A stretch of DNA of 64,000 nucleotides, from contig JAXDGL010000001.1 in assembly GCA_034665065.1 (NCBI GenBank), forward strand, positions 34,691-98,690, read 5' to 3'. Below the pieces are notes generated by a model. The model worked only from the letters and a program-made list of their open reading frames with translations, ran no database searches and was not told the DNA's origin. Source of the stretch: Thermoanaerobaculia bacterium (GTDB taxonomy: Bacteria > Acidobacteriota > Thermoanaerobaculia > Gp7-AA8). The translations under genes were made by a program, and so were the position numbers. Shown here one piece after another: positions 63,047 through 64,000 of the stretch (positions are counted from its first letter, which is position 1; each line of letters begins with the position of its first letter).

Positions 63047-63097
63047 CTGATCTCTGATCTCTGACTCTCTGATCACTGACTCTCTGATCACTGAATC
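63047..63097. repeat. Heptamer/octamer tandem array (CTGATCT/CTGATCA)
   Basis: Read directly from the sequence. Confidence 0.85.
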
Positions 63098-63192
63098 CCC
63101 GCAAACCCTAACCCTCATCCCCTCCGAAACTTGACCGCATCGGCTTGTTGGGATAACGTTTTCGCCGACCTCGACAACCTTGGGAGGGGAAA

Positions 63193-64000
63193 ATGGTCAG
63201 TGTGCGTAGGGTGGTCCCCGTTCTCCTGCTTGCGGTCGCTATCCCGATTTTCGGGGCGCCGAAGAAGTCTTCATCGCACCCGCCGCGCGATCTGCATCGC
63301 GTTGGCGACCATTGGACGGCGTACAACCCTCCCGATCCATCCACCTGGCCGGCTGGTGCCAGGACCTACACGATCAAGAGCGGCGACACGCTCTGGGGGC
63401 TGGCGCAGCAATTCTTCAAGAACGCCTACCTCTGGCCGCAACTCTGGGAAGGCAACACCTGGATCACCGACGCGCACTGGATCTACCCCGGCGACGTCCT
63501 GCTGATCGATTCGGAGACCGCGCAGCAGATTGCCGCGGCAACGACACCCGGAGGCACCGGCGCACTTCCTCCGCCGCCGGCCATCATGCCGGAAGACACC
63601 ACGCCGAGCTCCGCCAGCACGTCCGTAACCTCAGGAACGACTGAACGCCGATTCATCACCGCTGCCGATCCCGCGGGCGGCAGCCGCAGCCCCATACCGC
63701 TCGGTACGGAAGCCGACGTCTACTGTTACGGCTACATCGGTGCCGACGGCGAATCCATGCCGAACTCCGTCCTCGGCTACGAAGATTCCGAACTGCGCTA
63801 CGCCAAGGGGGCGGTCGAGCAAGTGATTTCCGGATCCATCGGCGATCTCGTCCTCATCGACGGGGGAACCGGCAGCGGACTCGTCGCGGGCGAGACCTAC
63901 ATGCTCGTCGACGTCGGCAACCTCATCAAACATCCAGGCAGAAAAATGCAGATCGTCGGACGCGAGTATCTCTACCGCGGCCAGGTGAAGATCCTCTGCG
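63193..64000 (+). CDS. Secreted LysM domain protein, 3'-truncated by the window edge
   Basis: GGGAGGGG SD, signal-like MVSVRRVVPVLLLAVAIP, YTIKSGDTLWGLAQQFFKNAYLWPQLW...HWIYPGD. The frame is open to the window end; absent from the ORF track. Confidence 0.88.
   Translation, partial: MVSVRRVVPVLLLAVAIPIFGAPKKSSSHPPRDLHRVGDHWTAYNPPDPSTWPAGARTYTIKSGDTLWGLAQQFFKNAYLWPQLWEGNTWITDAHWIYPGDVLLIDSETAQQIAAATTPGGTGALPPPPAIMPEDTTPSSASTSVTSGTTERRFITAADPAGGSRSPIPLGTEADVYCYGYIGADGESMPNSVLGYEDSELRYAKGAVEQVISGSIGDLVLIDGGTGSGLVAGETYMLVDVGNLIKHPGRKMQIVGREYLYRGQVKILC

Noticed and set aside
1-64000. tRNA, rRNA, prophage or integrase
   Set aside because: No cloverleaf or rRNA signature and no phage structural or integrase genes were recognised by eye; tRNAscan/Infernal would be needed to exclude them formally.

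Overview
A GC-rich bacterial chromosomal segment. The gene repertoire (multiple MacB-type permeases, Hanks kinase, TonB-C proteins, RNase J, SMC) suggests an Acidobacteriota-like organism; this is an inference. It holds about 58 CDS. Most are housekeeping (katE, hpt, uppP, rnj, asnS, acpP, fabF, smc, thiolase, TatD, fused E1 dehydrogenase, CCA-type nucleotidyltransferase) or envelope functions (GT2/GT4, MacA/MacB, lytic transglycosylase, LysM). No rRNA, tRNA, CRISPR-cas or prophage was seen. Main observations: (1) an ECF sigma factor overlaps a gene fusing a zinc anti-sigma motif to an O6-alkylguanine methyltransferase domain and an Ada Zn-finger, a candidate alkylation-sensing sigma switch, followed by a PP2C phosphatase and katE; (2) a NYN/PIN RNase gene sits behind its own promoter, a ~75-nt two-hairpin RNA and a terminator, resembling an RNA-antitoxin module; (3) at least five repeat families are dense here, three bracketing a candidate cognate gene (REP/RAYT, inverted heptamer arrays/four-helix-bundle protein, 29-bp IR/GxxExxY nuclease), with empty derivatives that supply stop codons, insert in frame into enzymes, extend an ORF and, in one case, enclose a 1.24-kb foreign cargo; (4) a 20-aa Lys/Ala micropeptide has its own SD and terminator and is missed by the ORF track. 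All family assignments come from motif recognition by eye, with no database searches run.
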